Part shown: in pieces, positions 1 through 10,030 of the stretch
How the letters are laid out: each line of letters opens with the position of its first letter
Numbering within the stretch: the stretch's first letter is position 1
Sequence record: OR896824.1
Length of the DNA: 64,000 nt
Reading direction: 5' to 3' (one strand)
Source of the DNA: Escherichia phage SmurfNell
Notes under the pieces: model-generated
Database searches by the model: none
The model's input: the letters and a program-made list of their open reading frames with translations, nothing else
Told to the model about the DNA's origin: nothing
Program-made: the position numbers and the translations under genes

Positions 1-181
1 AAACCATGAAGATACCCCAACAATCATTATTGGGGATGGCTTAAGAAAGTTCTGAAAAGCCTGGAGTAATGGCTTGTAAACCCAATCACCACCAAAGAAT
101 AGCTTCTCACTATCTGGAGCATGATGGTGAGAGATGCTCGAATTGAGCACCCCATCAATATCCAGGAAAATCACAGGAGTA

Positions 182-370
182 TTACTTATTTCCACCAGTA
201 GCATCCCACGTCCAGACTTTAACTTCATCAGTAAAAGGAACTGGAACCTTCAATTCACCTTTACCCCACATAACAGATAGGAACAGAGAATAAATGGTAA
301 TCATACCGATTAGGTTGACAAACCATACTAGACCTTTCCAGATACCCTTAAAAATCTTCTTCACCATATT
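182..370 (-). CDS. small membrane protein (hypothetical)
   Basis: ATG preceded by AGGAGG RBS on minus strand; hydrophobic core LVWFVNLIGMITIYSLFLSV; the longer track ORF 182..490 probably starts here. Confidence 0.45.
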   Translation of the reverse strand, partial: NMVKKIFKGIWKGLVWFVNLIGMITIYSLFLSVMWGKGELKVPVPFTDEVKVWTWDATGGNK

Positions 371-507
371 CTCCCTCCTTAATAAGGAACTCTTTCCATT
401 CTGCTGTATCCTCATAGATAACGCAGAAATCATCACTCTTCCATGAGAAGTCATCAGTAGCAAATTCGAAACGGTAGCACCAACTACCATCTGGCCATAC
501 TAAAAGA

Positions 508-1359
508 TCACACATGCTTTTCTGGGACATAAATATTTCCCTCCATAAAAGCTTCAACTTGATCAATAAAGTGTTTATTACCAAAAACTTCGGCAGCTCC
601 AGCACGCCATACAGTAACACCACGTTTCTCATACTCAAGCTGTTCGTCATAACGAACTTGTGGGTTAACAACCATCATCTTAGTTCCACGACATACAGCA
701 GGAAATAATTCCCAGTTGAAGTTGATAACTTGGTTACTACAACCCACCACAATAACCATGTCATTGCTAGTAAGAGTATCAAACAGGTTGATTTGACCCA
801 TGTACCACGGAGCTGTCTCACCAAAGAACACCACGTTTGGTTTTACCCATTCGTAATCTTCAGGGGCAATCGCAGTATACCCAACATCTTCGATGATTTG
901 ATTGCGACCCTGATGATAGATCACCTCTTTCAAGTACCCGTGAGCGTGAATGATTTCATCACGAGGGATACCAGCACGTTCCAGAAGGTCATCAACGTTA
1001 GTAGTGAAGTTCTTCACGCTACCCGCATCATAACGCTGGAACCATTCTGCAATTCGCAGATGGGCAATGTTAGGCTCAACAGTCTGTAGTTCCTGACGAC
1101 GCATGTTGTAGAACTCATGAGTCTTGAGATACAGATCGTTACCATCTTCATCAATGCCAGGGAAACGAGCGCTGAAGTAGTTAGGATCATCTTCACCACA
1201 GAAGCGACGGAAGCCAGCTTCAAAGTTAGGCAAGCTACATACTTCCTCTAGATCGTACTCATCCCACAAAGATTTTCCACTAGCAGTATCAGTACGGAAA
1301 GCACGAACACCACTATCTACACTCAAACCTGCACCACTAACAACAATTAGTCTACGCAT
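508..1359 (-). CDS. SIR2-family NAD-dependent deacylase-like protein
   Basis: 283 aa ORF; N-terminal GAGLSVDSGVRAFR resembles the Sir2 GAGIS..SGIP.FR motif; HG dipeptide in IIHAHGY. Confidence 0.55.
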   Translation of the reverse strand: MRRLIVVSGAGLSVDSGVRAFRTDTASGKSLWDEYDLEEVCSLPNFEAGFRRFCGEDDPNYFSARFPGIDEDGNDLYLKTHEFYNMRRQELQTVEPNIAHLRIAEWFQRYDAGSVKNFTTNVDDLLERAGIPRDEIIHAHGYLKEVIYHQGRNQIIEDVGYTAIAPEDYEWVKPNVVFFGETAPWYMGQINLFDTLTSNDMVIVVGCSNQVINFNWELFPAVCRGTKMMVVNPQVRYDEQLEYEKRGVTVWRAGAAEVFGNKHFIDQVEAFMEGNIYVPEKHV

Positions 1360-1553
1360 TATACGATTCCTTGCTTGAATCCTTCGATGATATTTTGGAG
1401 CAGAATTGCTTCTTCTGGGCGAACCTTCTCTTGCTTAATAAGCATATCCAAACCAGCAATACAGGTAGCTACTCCAGCATTATACCCAGCATTCCACTGC
1501 TCCATAAGCATATTTTCTAAATTACTTTTTAGATTCTGATTCAAGAAGTCCAT
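1359..1553 (-). CDS. hypothetical protein
   Basis: Internal Met of track ORF 1359..1637; its stop overlaps the SIR2-like start codon. Confidence 0.3.
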   Translation of the reverse strand: MDFLNQNLKSNLENMLMEQWNAGYNAGVATCIAGLDMLIKQEKVRPEEAILLQNIIEGFKQGIV

Positions 1554-1725
1554 AAAGTTTTTCCTCCAATTCCATAATACGATTTTCGTAAGAAGCACGC
1601 AGCTTCTCGATGGACAAAGCACGAACTGTAACTTCATCTGAATTGATCGCTAGCTGAGCTAGATCTTCTGTTTCCATACGTCCGTTGTAAATTAAGCGAT
1701 ATTTAAGATGTTTTACGTTTTTCAT
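1522..1725 (-). CDS. hypothetical protein
   Basis: 67 aa ORF downstream of the nrdD operon, charged and helical. Confidence 0.35.
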   Translation of the reverse strand: MKNVKHLKYRLIYNGRMETEDLAQLAINSDEVTVRALSIEKLRASYENRIMELEEKLYGLLESESKK

Positions 1726-1734
1726 TCTTGTTCC

Positions 1735-2016
1735 TTAGTTCTGTACTGTAAATTCATTCTTATCACAGTGAGCATAATAATATCCATACATACGATAAAT
1801 TTTCACAGCCTTAGTAGACCCCTTCGATTCTTCATAATCAATCCAGAGCCACTTGTCTTTACCTACATAATGTACCCGAAACTTCTTAACTTTCTTATCA
1901 TTCCATGTTGCAACAACACGACGATAATCAAATCCGCCCAACCAATCTAGAGCCTTACGTTCTTCACTAGGCTCTCCAAGATAGGAAACATCTACTTTCG
2001 GAAGCAATTCGCTCAT
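1735..2016 (-). CDS. hypothetical protein
   Basis: 93 aa ORF immediately downstream of nrdD on the same strand. Confidence 0.45.
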   Translation of the reverse strand: MSELLPKVDVSYLGEPSEERKALDWLGGFDYRRVVATWNDKKVKKFRVHYVGKDKWLWIDYEESKGSTKAVKIYRMYGYYYAHCDKNEFTVQN

Positions 2017-2114
2017 AGCTTTCTCCTCTCAAATTTATAAATCAATTATACATAAGTTTTAGCTCGAAAGCAAATAAAATAAAAGCCAGGTCGACTAGCA
2101 ACCTGGCTGATTCA

Positions 2115-3989
2115 TTATTTAGCGCGAATGTCCTGATGTTTCACTCGACCCATAACCTCATGTTGTTTACCTGGGTTAAATGGACGAGCACCTGGATTTC
2201 CGAGATATCCACAAACTCGACGAGTTACCTCAAGAGTCTCAGGATCATGGTTGCCACAAATTGGGCATTTGAAACCATCCTCAGAAGCTATAGTTTCACC
2301 CAAGAACCCACATTCCCCACAAGAGTCTACTGGAGTATTAATACCAAAGTAATGAACTTTACTTGCGGCATAGTTAATAACCCATTCCAGTGCATCTGGG
2401 AATCGTTTCATATCCGGCAATTCCACATAGGAAATGCATCCACCAGAAGCAATTGGAGTAAAGTTAGACTCATAATCGAACTTCACGTTTGGAGCAACCT
2501 TACGTTCTACATCAAGGTGATGGGAATTAGTGTAATATCCTTTAGCCAGAATATCTTCATGCTCTGGAAAATACTCACGGTCTAGGCGACAGAAGCGATC
2601 ACATAGAGATTCAGATGGTGTAGCATATAGACTATACCCTAATTGAGTCTCTTCCTTCTTCTGATCAGCACGATCACGCATGTATTGTAGCACACGTTGA
2701 ACGAACTTGACACAAGACTCAGACATTGTATCTACATCTTTACCAAACATGAACTGCAACATTTCGTGGCAGCCTATATATCCTAGAGATACAGAAGCAC
2801 GCTTGTAGAAATGATCAAACACATATTCATCTGGCCCCAGACGTAATCCAAAGGCTCCTGACATATAGAGGATGGGTGCAGCTTTAGCTTGGATGTATTT
2901 TAAGCGATCAACCCTCCACTCCAATGCTTTTAACGCGGTATCCACACGCAGCTCAAGTAGATCGAAGAATAGATCAATATTTCCTTCCGCTTCGATAGCG
3001 ATTCGAGGAAGGTTTACGGAAACAACACCTAAGTTATTACGGCCAGAAGTTTCACCATCTTCCGCAGCAGCTAGGAATGATCGACAGCCCATAGAGACTT
3101 TGTAGTCTCCCGTAACTTCTACAACCTTATCATAACTGATGTAGTCAGGATACATACGTTCAGCAGTACATTTCATAGCTAACTTCTTGATATCATAGTT
3201 AACATCACCAGGTTTCATATTTACGCCATCACGCAAAACAAATACCAGTTTAGGGAAGATAGCTGTACGTTTATTGATACCCAAACCATCCATACGCACT
3301 TCTAAGATTGCTTTCTGTACAAGACGTGCTTCCCAGGAAGTTCCTAGACCAAAACCAAAGGTAATAAATGGACTCTGACCATTAGAGTTGAACATCGTAT
3401 TGATTTCATACTCTAGACCTTGACAGGCATCGTAAACTTCTTTCTCAGTCATTTCCGTAGCCATTACAGATGCTTTGGCTTCATCCTTAGTCCAACGCTT
3501 TGCAAACGCATGATTCTTATCATAAGACTTACGAACATAAGGAGCCAGTACTTCATCTAATCGGTCTACAGAAGTACCACCATATTGATGGGAGCTAACC
3601 TGAGTAATAATCTGAGCTGTAATAGCAGCCGCAGTAGTAATGGAGTTTGGCGTACTGATTTCAGCATTACCAACCTTCATACCGTTTTTCAACATATCTT
3701 CCAAAGCAACCAGGCAACAGTTAGTCATACCTAACACAGCGTAATCAGCATCATGGAAGTGAATATCACCAATCATGTGAGCATTTCGAATCTGGATTGG
3801 CATTTCTTCCAGAATCAGATATTTACTCAATTCCCCTGCAAGCATGTCCCTTTGTGTAGGGAAACGTTCTGAGGGCTTATTGGCATTATTAAACAGCAGC
3901 TCTTCATCTGCTGACCCTTCGATAATCTCTTTGCAGTTTCTAATTAACGCCTGCATTTCTTTATACTTTAGTTCTTCATTGCGATTCAT
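2115..3989 (-). CDS. nrdD: anaerobic ribonucleoside-triphosphate reductase (class III RNR)
   Basis: 624 aa; C-terminal glycyl radical motif RVCGYLG preceded by a CGECGF...CPICG zinc ribbon. Confidence 0.85.
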   Translation of the reverse strand: MNRNEELKYKEMQALIRNCKEIIEGSADEELLFNNANKPSERFPTQRDMLAGELSKYLILEEMPIQIRNAHMIGDIHFHDADYAVLGMTNCCLVALEDMLKNGMKVGNAEISTPNSITTAAAITAQIITQVSSHQYGGTSVDRLDEVLAPYVRKSYDKNHAFAKRWTKDEAKASVMATEMTEKEVYDACQGLEYEINTMFNSNGQSPFITFGFGLGTSWEARLVQKAILEVRMDGLGINKRTAIFPKLVFVLRDGVNMKPGDVNYDIKKLAMKCTAERMYPDYISYDKVVEVTGDYKVSMGCRSFLAAAEDGETSGRNNLGVVSVNLPRIAIEAEGNIDLFFDLLELRVDTALKALEWRVDRLKYIQAKAAPILYMSGAFGLRLGPDEYVFDHFYKRASVSLGYIGCHEMLQFMFGKDVDTMSESCVKFVQRVLQYMRDRADQKKEETQLGYSLYATPSESLCDRFCRLDREYFPEHEDILAKGYYTNSHHLDVERKVAPNVKFDYESNFTPIASGGCISYVELPDMKRFPDALEWVINYAASKVHYFGINTPVDSCGECGFLGETIASEDGFKCPICGNHDPETLEVTRRVCGYLGNPGARPFNPGKQHEVMGRVKHQDIRAK

Positions 3990-4182
3990 TATACTCTCCT
4001 TCTCTAACTAAGACTACTATTATAACTCATTCGAGGGCGGATGTCAATATAATTTTTCTCTTAGACATTGTATTTTGATCTGTGCTAAGAAAATTGATCA
4101 GAATGTCAAAATTTTATTGACACCACCATAACTTTTGTATAAGATATACACATAACTTAAAAATTTTGACAAGGAAATAAAA

Positions 4183-4674
4183 ATGAATACTGAAATAACA
4201 CAAGACCTACTAAGAACCTACTTTGACTATAAAGATGGAGAATTGTTTTACAAACCAACCTATAAAACCCCTGCGGGAAGAATATCCAAAAAAGCAGGTA
4301 AATCTGCCAGACTAACTCCGTGTAACGGGTACTATCGTATAAATGTACCAAGAATAGGTGTACAGAAAGAACATAGGATGATTTTCCTATATCATGAAGG
4401 ATACCTACCAGAAGTAGTAGATCATATTGATAGGGATAAAGAAAATAATAGGATAGAGAACCTTAGGGCATCTAATCTTCAGGATAACGCTATTAATCGC
4501 TCCATAAGTAAGAGTAATACCTCTGGTATTGTGGGTGTACATTATGATGAATCATATGGTAAGTGGGTTGTAACGTATAGGGGTAAGTACTTTGGAAGAT
4601 TCGATACTAAAGAAGAAGCTGCCGAAGTTAATGCTAATGTTCGTGCCCTTGATCAAACCCGTATAAATAGTTGA
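4183..4674 (+). CDS. HNH homing endonuclease with AP2-like DNA-binding domain
   Basis: HRMIFLYHEGYLPEVVDHIDRDKENNRIENLR HNH motif; C-terminal GIVGVHYDESYGKWVVTYRGKYFGRF AP2-like repeat. Confidence 0.75.
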   Translation: MNTEITQDLLRTYFDYKDGELFYKPTYKTPAGRISKKAGKSARLTPCNGYYRINVPRIGVQKEHRMIFLYHEGYLPEVVDHIDRDKENNRIENLRASNLQDNAINRSISKSNTSGIVGVHYDESYGKWVVTYRGKYFGRFDTKEEAAEVNANVRALDQTRINS

Positions 4675-4757
4675 GTATCTAGTACCACACATCTCCCAAT
4701 AAAAGCAAGCAAATTTTTTATTTAAAAGCAATATCATAGGCTTATTTAAAATTGTAG

Positions 4758-4786
4758 TTGCTTTCTCCCGTATATATTGGTATAAT
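4758..4786 (+). promoter_or_regulatory. sigma70-type early promoter (TTGCTT-17-TATAAT)
   Basis: -35 TTGCTT and extended -10 TGGTATAAT with 17 bp spacer upstream of phoH. Confidence 0.6.
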
Positions 4787-4859
4787 ATATTTGTAAGTTG
4801 ATAAACAAGATCTTTTTGTTGATCCTCTGTTAGCGAAGTACACTATAGGAGTGTTATTT

Positions 4860-5612
4860 ATGGGAAAAGCACGTCAAAAAAGAGAGAACCGCAATGGTTC
4901 AAGAAAGCGTGGCAACAAGTACGAGAGCAACGTAATTCAAGCAGATTTCTCTGGTGATTACGCCAATCCAGTTGCTAAACCCCTAGTTGGTAAAAACCGT
5001 GAGCAAAAATCATATATCAATATGATCAAGAACAACACAGTGACTGTGGGTATTGGTGAACCAGGTACTGGTAAAACCTTTATTCCATCCGTTCTTGCAG
5101 CTCAGGAACTCGTAGACATTCACTCAGATATTGAGCAAGTGATCCTCGTGCGTCCGAACGAACCTCTAGGTAAATCTCTTGGTATGCTCCCAGGTGATCT
5201 GGCAGAAAAGCTAGAGCCTTGGTTAGAGCCAATAGCTGATGGCATGAAATGGGCAATCGGTGATCACGCCTACAAAGGATATGTCGAACGTCAGAAAATT
5301 AAATTCCTGGCTATCGAACATGCCCGTGGCCGAACTTTCAACAACTCCTATGTAATTGTCGATGAAGCTCAGAATATCTCCGTTGAAGCAATGATCTGTC
5401 TCCTGACTCGTGTAGGACAAGATTGTCGTTTAATTATCTGTGGGGATATAGCGCAGAAAGACATCAAGGGTGATTCAGGTCTAGCACTTCTTATGGAAGT
5501 CTATGAGAAGTATGAAAACTCTCCTTTCTCTATGATCGAACTGATCGACAACGTTCGCTCACCAGAGTCTAAAGCATTCTACGATATCTTTAAGGATATG
5601 GGGAAGGTGTAA
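4860..5612 (+). CDS. phoH: PhoH-like ATPase
   Basis: Walker A GIGEPGTGKTF; ATG at 4860 with AGGAG RBS (track start 4851 is GTG). Confidence 0.8.
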   Translation: MGKARQKRENRNGSRKRGNKYESNVIQADFSGDYANPVAKPLVGKNREQKSYINMIKNNTVTVGIGEPGTGKTFIPSVLAAQELVDIHSDIEQVILVRPNEPLGKSLGMLPGDLAEKLEPWLEPIADGMKWAIGDHAYKGYVERQKIKFLAIEHARGRTFNNSYVIVDEAQNISVEAMICLLTRVGQDCRLIICGDIAQKDIKGDSGLALLMEVYEKYENSPFSMIELIDNVRSPESKAFYDIFKDMGKV

Positions 5613-5613
5613 T

Positions 5614-5856
5614 ATGGGAAACGTCGTACATCTGCACCGCAAAACTAAGATCCACCGTACTTCACTGAGTGCTGCTAATATGATTACACGTAAGGAAGGG
5701 GAAGAAAGTCCTAAGACTACCCTAGCGTGGAAAATTGTAGCCTCTAATCCAAATCGGCCTTTTAATTATAATGAACTTTCAACATCAGTAGATATTCTTC
5801 TGAGGGCGAATGCGAAAGCAAAAGTAATTAATCAAGCCGAAAAACTAGACTGGTAA
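5614..5856 (+). CDS. hypothetical protein
   Basis: 80 aa ORF, start overlaps the phoH stop. Confidence 0.4.
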   Translation: MGNVVHLHRKTKIHRTSLSAANMITRKEGEESPKTTLAWKIVASNPNRPFNYNELSTSVDILLRANAKAKVINQAEKLDW

Positions 5857-5911
5857 TATAGAAGGCCTGGGTATGAAAATATCCGGGCTCTTTTTATCTG
5901 TAAAATTGTAC

Positions 5912-5940
5912 TTGCAAAATGACCCAAAACAAAGTAGAAT
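5912..5940 (+). promoter_or_regulatory. sigma70-type promoter (TTGCAA-17-TAGAAT)
   Basis: -35/-10 hexamers with 17 bp spacer upstream of nrdA; implies the real nrdA start is the ATG at 5979. Confidence 0.45.
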
Positions 5941-5978
5941 ATTTCCTAAATCCTGATAACTACAAAAAGGAAAGCCAA

Positions 5979-8309
5979 ATGAGCCATCGCATAGAAAAAG
6001 TAATTAAACGTGACGGTACTGTAGAAGACTTTGCTCCTGAAAAACTCAATGGTTGGGCAGTGTATGGCTGCAAAACAGTTGATGTAAGCTGGTCATCCAT
6101 CACTATGGCTGCTCAAAAAACTCTACCTAAAGGTGTTGTAGACTCCGACACCCTAATGGATGCGTTAATTAAAGCCGCTGAAGGTCTTATCAAAGATAAC
6201 CCAGCATATGACGTGCCGGCTAAGGAATTACGTCTTGCGCAGATGCGTAAACGTCTATATGATTCCTTCGAGCCTCCTTCTCTGCGTTTCTTCCACGATC
6301 ATATGGTTAGTGTTGGAGCTTGGGAAGACATGAGTGCATGGATTACTGATGAACAATTTGAAGCTCTGAATCAAGTTATCGACCATGATCGTGATCGTTT
6401 ATTCACCAGTGGTGGACTGAAACAGTTCTTCGACAAGTATTCCCGTCGTAATATTGCAACTGGTGAAATTTATGAAACTCCGCAGTTTGCCTACATGGGT
6501 ATGGCAATGGCGATGCTATCTCAACCTAACTGGACAATTCTAGATGCAATCGACCTCTACAATGCAATGTCGCTCCACAAAATCAACGTTCCTACGCCGC
6601 CACTGGTTGGCCTGCGCTCTAGTGACCGTGGATTTGCTAGTTGCTGCCTCGTGGATTCCACTGACACGCTGGATTCAATCGACACAGCCGAGCACATCGT
6701 CTTCAAAATGGTCGCAGCCAGAGCGGGAATCGGGTATCATCTTGAAAGCCGATCAATTGCTGATCCGGTGCGAAATGGGGCATTCCCGCATTCCGGAAAA
6801 CTGCCATATTATAGACACATTGACCGATCAGTAAAAGCTAACACTCAGCAAACCCGTGGTGGTTCTGCTACTGTGTCTTACCCATACTTCGATCCTGAAA
6901 TCATTCAGTTGATGCAGGTTAAACAGCAACGTGCTACAGACGAGAATAAAATCGATAAGATGGATTACTCTCTGAGCTTTAACAACCTTCTGTTAAAACG
7001 TTACCTGAAAAACGAAGATATTACGCTAATGTCCTACTTCTACGCACCAGAAGTTCATAAAGCGTTTTATGGTGAAGATGAGGCTAAGTTTGAAGAAATC
7101 TACGTGGCAGCGGAGAAACGTGTGGCATCTCTTACAAAGATCGACCACGAAGGAAAAACAATTCCAGCAGCTCCTAGAATCTCTGCAAAAGAAATCCTAG
7201 ATACTTGGTTACGTATCCGTATGGAAACAGGGCGTATGTATGCTCATCACATTGGTGAATCTAACCGTCATGGTAACTTCCTTGACCCGATTCGTATGAC
7301 CAACCTTTGTGTTGAAATTACTCAGCCAACCCGTCCATTCCATCACATTACGGAACTGTATAAGACCCAAGATCAGTTAGACGATATGCGTCCAGAAGAT
7401 ATTGGTGAAGTATCTTTGTGTAACTTAGGTGGTGTTGTACTAGGTCGCATGGAATCTCTAGCTGAATGGGAGAAAACTTGCTACATCCTTCTGAAATTCG
7501 TTGATACAATCATCGAGATTCAGGACTACCCATTCCCAACCATGGAATACACGGCTAAGAAACGTCGTAACGTTGGTATTGGTCTGATGAACGCGGCAGG
7601 TGCAATGGCAGCAGAAGGTTTGGCTTACGAAGGTGTTGAAGCCCGTAACTGGATTCACCGTGAAGCTGAAAAGCTGTCCTACTTCCTGCACAAAGCCTCT
7701 GTACGTCTGGCTAAAGAACAAGGTGCATGTGACTGGTTTAATCGTACTAAACCATCCAAAGGAACTCTGGTAATCGACACGTACAAGAAAACTGTTGATG
7801 AACTGGTAACTGTAGGTCTAGAAATGGATTGGGAATCTCTGCGTGCAGATATTCTGAAATATGGTATGCGCAACTCTGTTCTGACTGCTCAGATGCCGGG
7901 AGAAAGTTCCTCTGTACTGCTAGGTGTTACTAACTCTATCGAGCCGCCTCGTAAGATTGTATCTATCAAGGGTAGTGCAGTGAATAAAGTAATTGCAATT
8001 GCTCCAGGTGCAACCGATTGGGATACATTAATGAGTTATAAACTGGCTTATGATGTAGATCGTATCGAGTGGATCAAATGGGTAGCAACCATGCAGAAAT
8101 TCTTCAGTCAGTCTATCAGTACGAATATGTACTATGACTACACCAAGTTTGAGAATGAAATCATTCCTGGTCCAGTAGTAGTTCGTGATTTCATGACTGC
8201 TGTTAAGTACGGCTGGAAAACTTGGTACTACGCTAACTTCAACACTGAAAATGGTGGTGGAGCTGGTGAAGAAGCAGCAGGTTGTGCATCAGGTGGTTGT
8301 ACTATTTAA
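5979..8309 (+). CDS. nrdA: ribonucleoside-diphosphate reductase alpha subunit (class Ia)
   Basis: ATP-cone-like N-terminus VIKRDGTVEDF; active-site NLCVEI motif; start set at second ATG with AAAGGA RBS (track ORF begins 5919). Confidence 0.85.
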   Translation: MSHRIEKVIKRDGTVEDFAPEKLNGWAVYGCKTVDVSWSSITMAAQKTLPKGVVDSDTLMDALIKAAEGLIKDNPAYDVPAKELRLAQMRKRLYDSFEPPSLRFFHDHMVSVGAWEDMSAWITDEQFEALNQVIDHDRDRLFTSGGLKQFFDKYSRRNIATGEIYETPQFAYMGMAMAMLSQPNWTILDAIDLYNAMSLHKINVPTPPLVGLRSSDRGFASCCLVDSTDTLDSIDTAEHIVFKMVAARAGIGYHLESRSIADPVRNGAFPHSGKLPYYRHIDRSVKANTQQTRGGSATVSYPYFDPEIIQLMQVKQQRATDENKIDKMDYSLSFNNLLLKRYLKNEDITLMSYFYAPEVHKAFYGEDEAKFEEIYVAAEKRVASLTKIDHEGKTIPAAPRISAKEILDTWLRIRMETGRMYAHHIGESNRHGNFLDPIRMTNLCVEITQPTRPFHHITELYKTQDQLDDMRPEDIGEVSLCNLGGVVLGRMESLAEWEKTCYILLKFVDTIIEIQDYPFPTMEYTAKKRRNVGIGLMNAAGAMAAEGLAYEGVEARNWIHREAEKLSYFLHKASVRLAKEQGACDWFNRTKPSKGTLVIDTYKKTVDELVTVGLEMDWESLRADILKYGMRNSVLTAQMPGESSSVLLGVTNSIEPPRKIVSIKGSAVNKVIAIAPGATDWDTLMSYKLAYDVDRIEWIKWVATMQKFFSQSISTNMYYDYTKFENEIIPGPVVVRDFMTAVKYGWKTWYYANFNTENGGGAGEEAAGCASGGCTI

Positions 8310-8317
8310 TAAAAACA

Positions 8318-8345
8318 AGGAGATCTTCGGGTCTCCTTTTTCTTT
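8318..8345 (+). terminator. rho-independent terminator
   Basis: 8 bp stem AGGAGATC/GGTCTCCT with TTCG loop followed by a T-run. Confidence 0.6.
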
Positions 8346-8355
8346 GAAATTTTAC

Positions 8356-8385
8356 TTGCTAATCGCTACCAGATTTGCTATAATA
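8356..8385 (+). promoter_or_regulatory. sigma70-type promoter ending 5 nt before the HNH start codon
   Basis: TTGCTA-18-TATAAT; ATG at 8391 lies 5 nt downstream of the -10, implying a leaderless transcript. Confidence 0.45.
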
Positions 8386-8390
8386 TCTAT

Positions 8391-8888
8391 ATGAAATTAA
8401 CACAGAGTAGATTAAAAGAGCTAATCTCCTATGACCCTGAAACTGGCGAATTTACCTGGCTCCCAAGAAAAACTTTAGCAAAGCATTTATGGAACGCTAA
8501 AGCAGGAACCTATGATAAATTAGGGTATCTTCGTATAAAAGTTGAAGGAGTTCAATATTTAGCTCATCGCCTAGCCTTCTTGTATATGACTGGAGAAATA
8601 CCAGAAGGAAAAATTGACCATAAAGATACTAATCCGTCTAATTGCGCCTGGGATAATCTCCGTGAAGCCACGAGTTCTCAAAATTCTATGAACTCGTGTG
8701 CAAGATCGGATAACCAGCTTGGAATGAAAAATATTCGTGTAAAAGGCACTTCATTTCAGGTTAGGATAGGCAAAGACGGCAAATCTTATACAAAAACTTT
8801 TAAAACCCTAGAAGAAGCTATAGAATGGAGAGACACCAAACTACTAGAACTTCATGGGGACTTTGCAAACAACGGAGAAGCTAAATGA
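8391..8888 (+). CDS. HNH homing endonuclease (free-standing, between nrdA and nrdB)
   Basis: EGKIDHKDTNPSNCAWDNLREAT HNH motif; C-terminal AP2-like repeat; stop overlaps the nrdB start. Confidence 0.75.
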   Translation: MKLTQSRLKELISYDPETGEFTWLPRKTLAKHLWNAKAGTYDKLGYLRIKVEGVQYLAHRLAFLYMTGEIPEGKIDHKDTNPSNCAWDNLREATSSQNSMNSCARSDNQLGMKNIRVKGTSFQVRIGKDGKSYTKTFKTLEEAIEWRDTKLLELHGDFANNGEAK

Positions 8889-10030
8889 CTACTTTACTTA
8901 ACTTAGAATGGGAACATACTAACGCTGATCTTTTCCTCGGTGATTCTTTGGGTATCGCAGATTATGTGCGTGTGGCACACCCCGAACTAGAGCGATTAGC
9001 TCTGTTGCAGCGTTCCCAGTTCTGGACTGAAACTGAAATTAGTCTTGAAGCTGATAAAAAGCAGTGGGGTAATCTCCCGCGTGATATTCAGGAAATTACT
9101 CTCCTGAACTTAGCATGGCAAACCCAAACAGATTCTTTCATTAGTCGTGCTCCTGAAGCAGCTATTATGCCACTTGTAAGCCGTCCTGAACTGGAAGGTA
9201 TGCTCAAGCAGTGGAGCTACTTCGAAGATCTGCACAGCCGTGCGTATAGTAATATTATTCGTAACGTTCTGACTGATCCAGCAGAATTTATTGATTCTGT
9301 AACTAAAAACCAAGAAGCATTTGCACGTATCGCAGATTCTGTTGAACTGTTTGATGAATTGTATCTGTTAGGTCAGTATTTCCTTGCAGTACGTGATCAT
9401 CGTGGTGATAATACTTATCCAGAAACTGAGTTCCCTGAAGTTAAACGTGAAACTCAGGCTAAGCTGTTAGATGCTTACTTTGCAATCTACGGTCTGGAAG
9501 CAATGCAGTTCTACGCATCCTTTGCATGTACCTTTGCTCTAGCAGAGAACGATATTCTGCAAGGTATTGCCAAGAACCTGCAACTAATTGCTAAAGATGA
9601 AGCTCTGCACACTCAAATGTCTAAAGCTATCATCCAGATTATGTTTCAGCAATTTGATAAAGATCTGGTAGATGAAGCATTAGCTAAAGCACCAGCACAA
9701 CTCCTAAAAACTCTGAAAACTGAGATTGAATGGGGTCACTTTATCTTTAAAGGCCGTAGTCTGATTGGTTTGAACGCAGAACTGCTTGAAGAATATCTTT
9801 ACTTTGTAGGACGTAACGCATTTATGCACATTGGTGTAGAATGGCCAAGCCACTTACCTGTAATTACTAAGAACCCTATTCCGTGGATTATGAACTGGTT
9901 GGATACTACATCTTTACAACCTGCTCCGCAAGAGATTCAGATTGGTGCAGCATATCGTGTAGGTCAGGTAACTGAAACCTCTGCTGATACTCTGAAAGAT
10001 CTTGGCAACGAATTTGAGGGTATGTTCTAA
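8885..10030 (+). CDS. nrdB: ribonucleoside-diphosphate reductase beta subunit
   Basis: 381 aa, size and position typical of NrdB directly downstream of nrdA. Confidence 0.75.
   Translation: MTTLLNLEWEHTNADLFLGDSLGIADYVRVAHPELERLALLQRSQFWTETEISLEADKKQWGNLPRDIQEITLLNLAWQTQTDSFISRAPEAAIMPLVSRPELEGMLKQWSYFEDLHSRAYSNIIRNVLTDPAEFIDSVTKNQEAFARIADSVELFDELYLLGQYFLAVRDHRGDNTYPETEFPEVKRETQAKLLDAYFAIYGLEAMQFYASFACTFALAENDILQGIAKNLQLIAKDEALHTQMSKAIIQIMFQQFDKDLVDEALAKAPAQLLKTLKTEIEWGHFIFKGRSLIGLNAELLEEYLYFVGRNAFMHIGVEWPSHLPVITKNPIPWIMNWLDTTSLQPAPQEIQIGAAYRVGQVTETSADTLKDLGNEFEGMF

Noticed and set aside
348-671. 107 aa minus-strand ORF overlapping the 3' part of the SIR2-like gene
   Set aside because: Out-of-frame overlap with a well-supported gene and no RBS; the downstream small gene more likely starts at the AGGAGG-preceded ATG (182..370).
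1735-2016. Candidate nrdG (anaerobic RNR activase) downstream of nrdD
   Set aside because: The 93 aa product lacks the CxxxCxxC radical-SAM motif and is too short; no nrdG-like ORF was seen in the window.
5919-5978. Upstream ATG at 5919 as the nrdA start
   Set aside because: It lies inside or upstream of the predicted promoter and adds 20 residues before the conserved ATP-cone N-terminus; the ATG at 5979 has an RBS.
2136-7873. Antisense or out-of-frame ORFs inside nrdD and nrdA (2136..2585, 2872..3105, 6544..6834, 7458..7721, 7679..7873)
   Set aside because: Embedded in long conserved enzyme genes, with low-complexity translations; judged spurious.
5919-8309. Group I or II introns interrupting nrdA, nrdB, nrdD or thyA, as seen in some T-even phage genes
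   Set aside because: All four reading frames are continuous and of normal length; the HNH genes are free-standing between genes.
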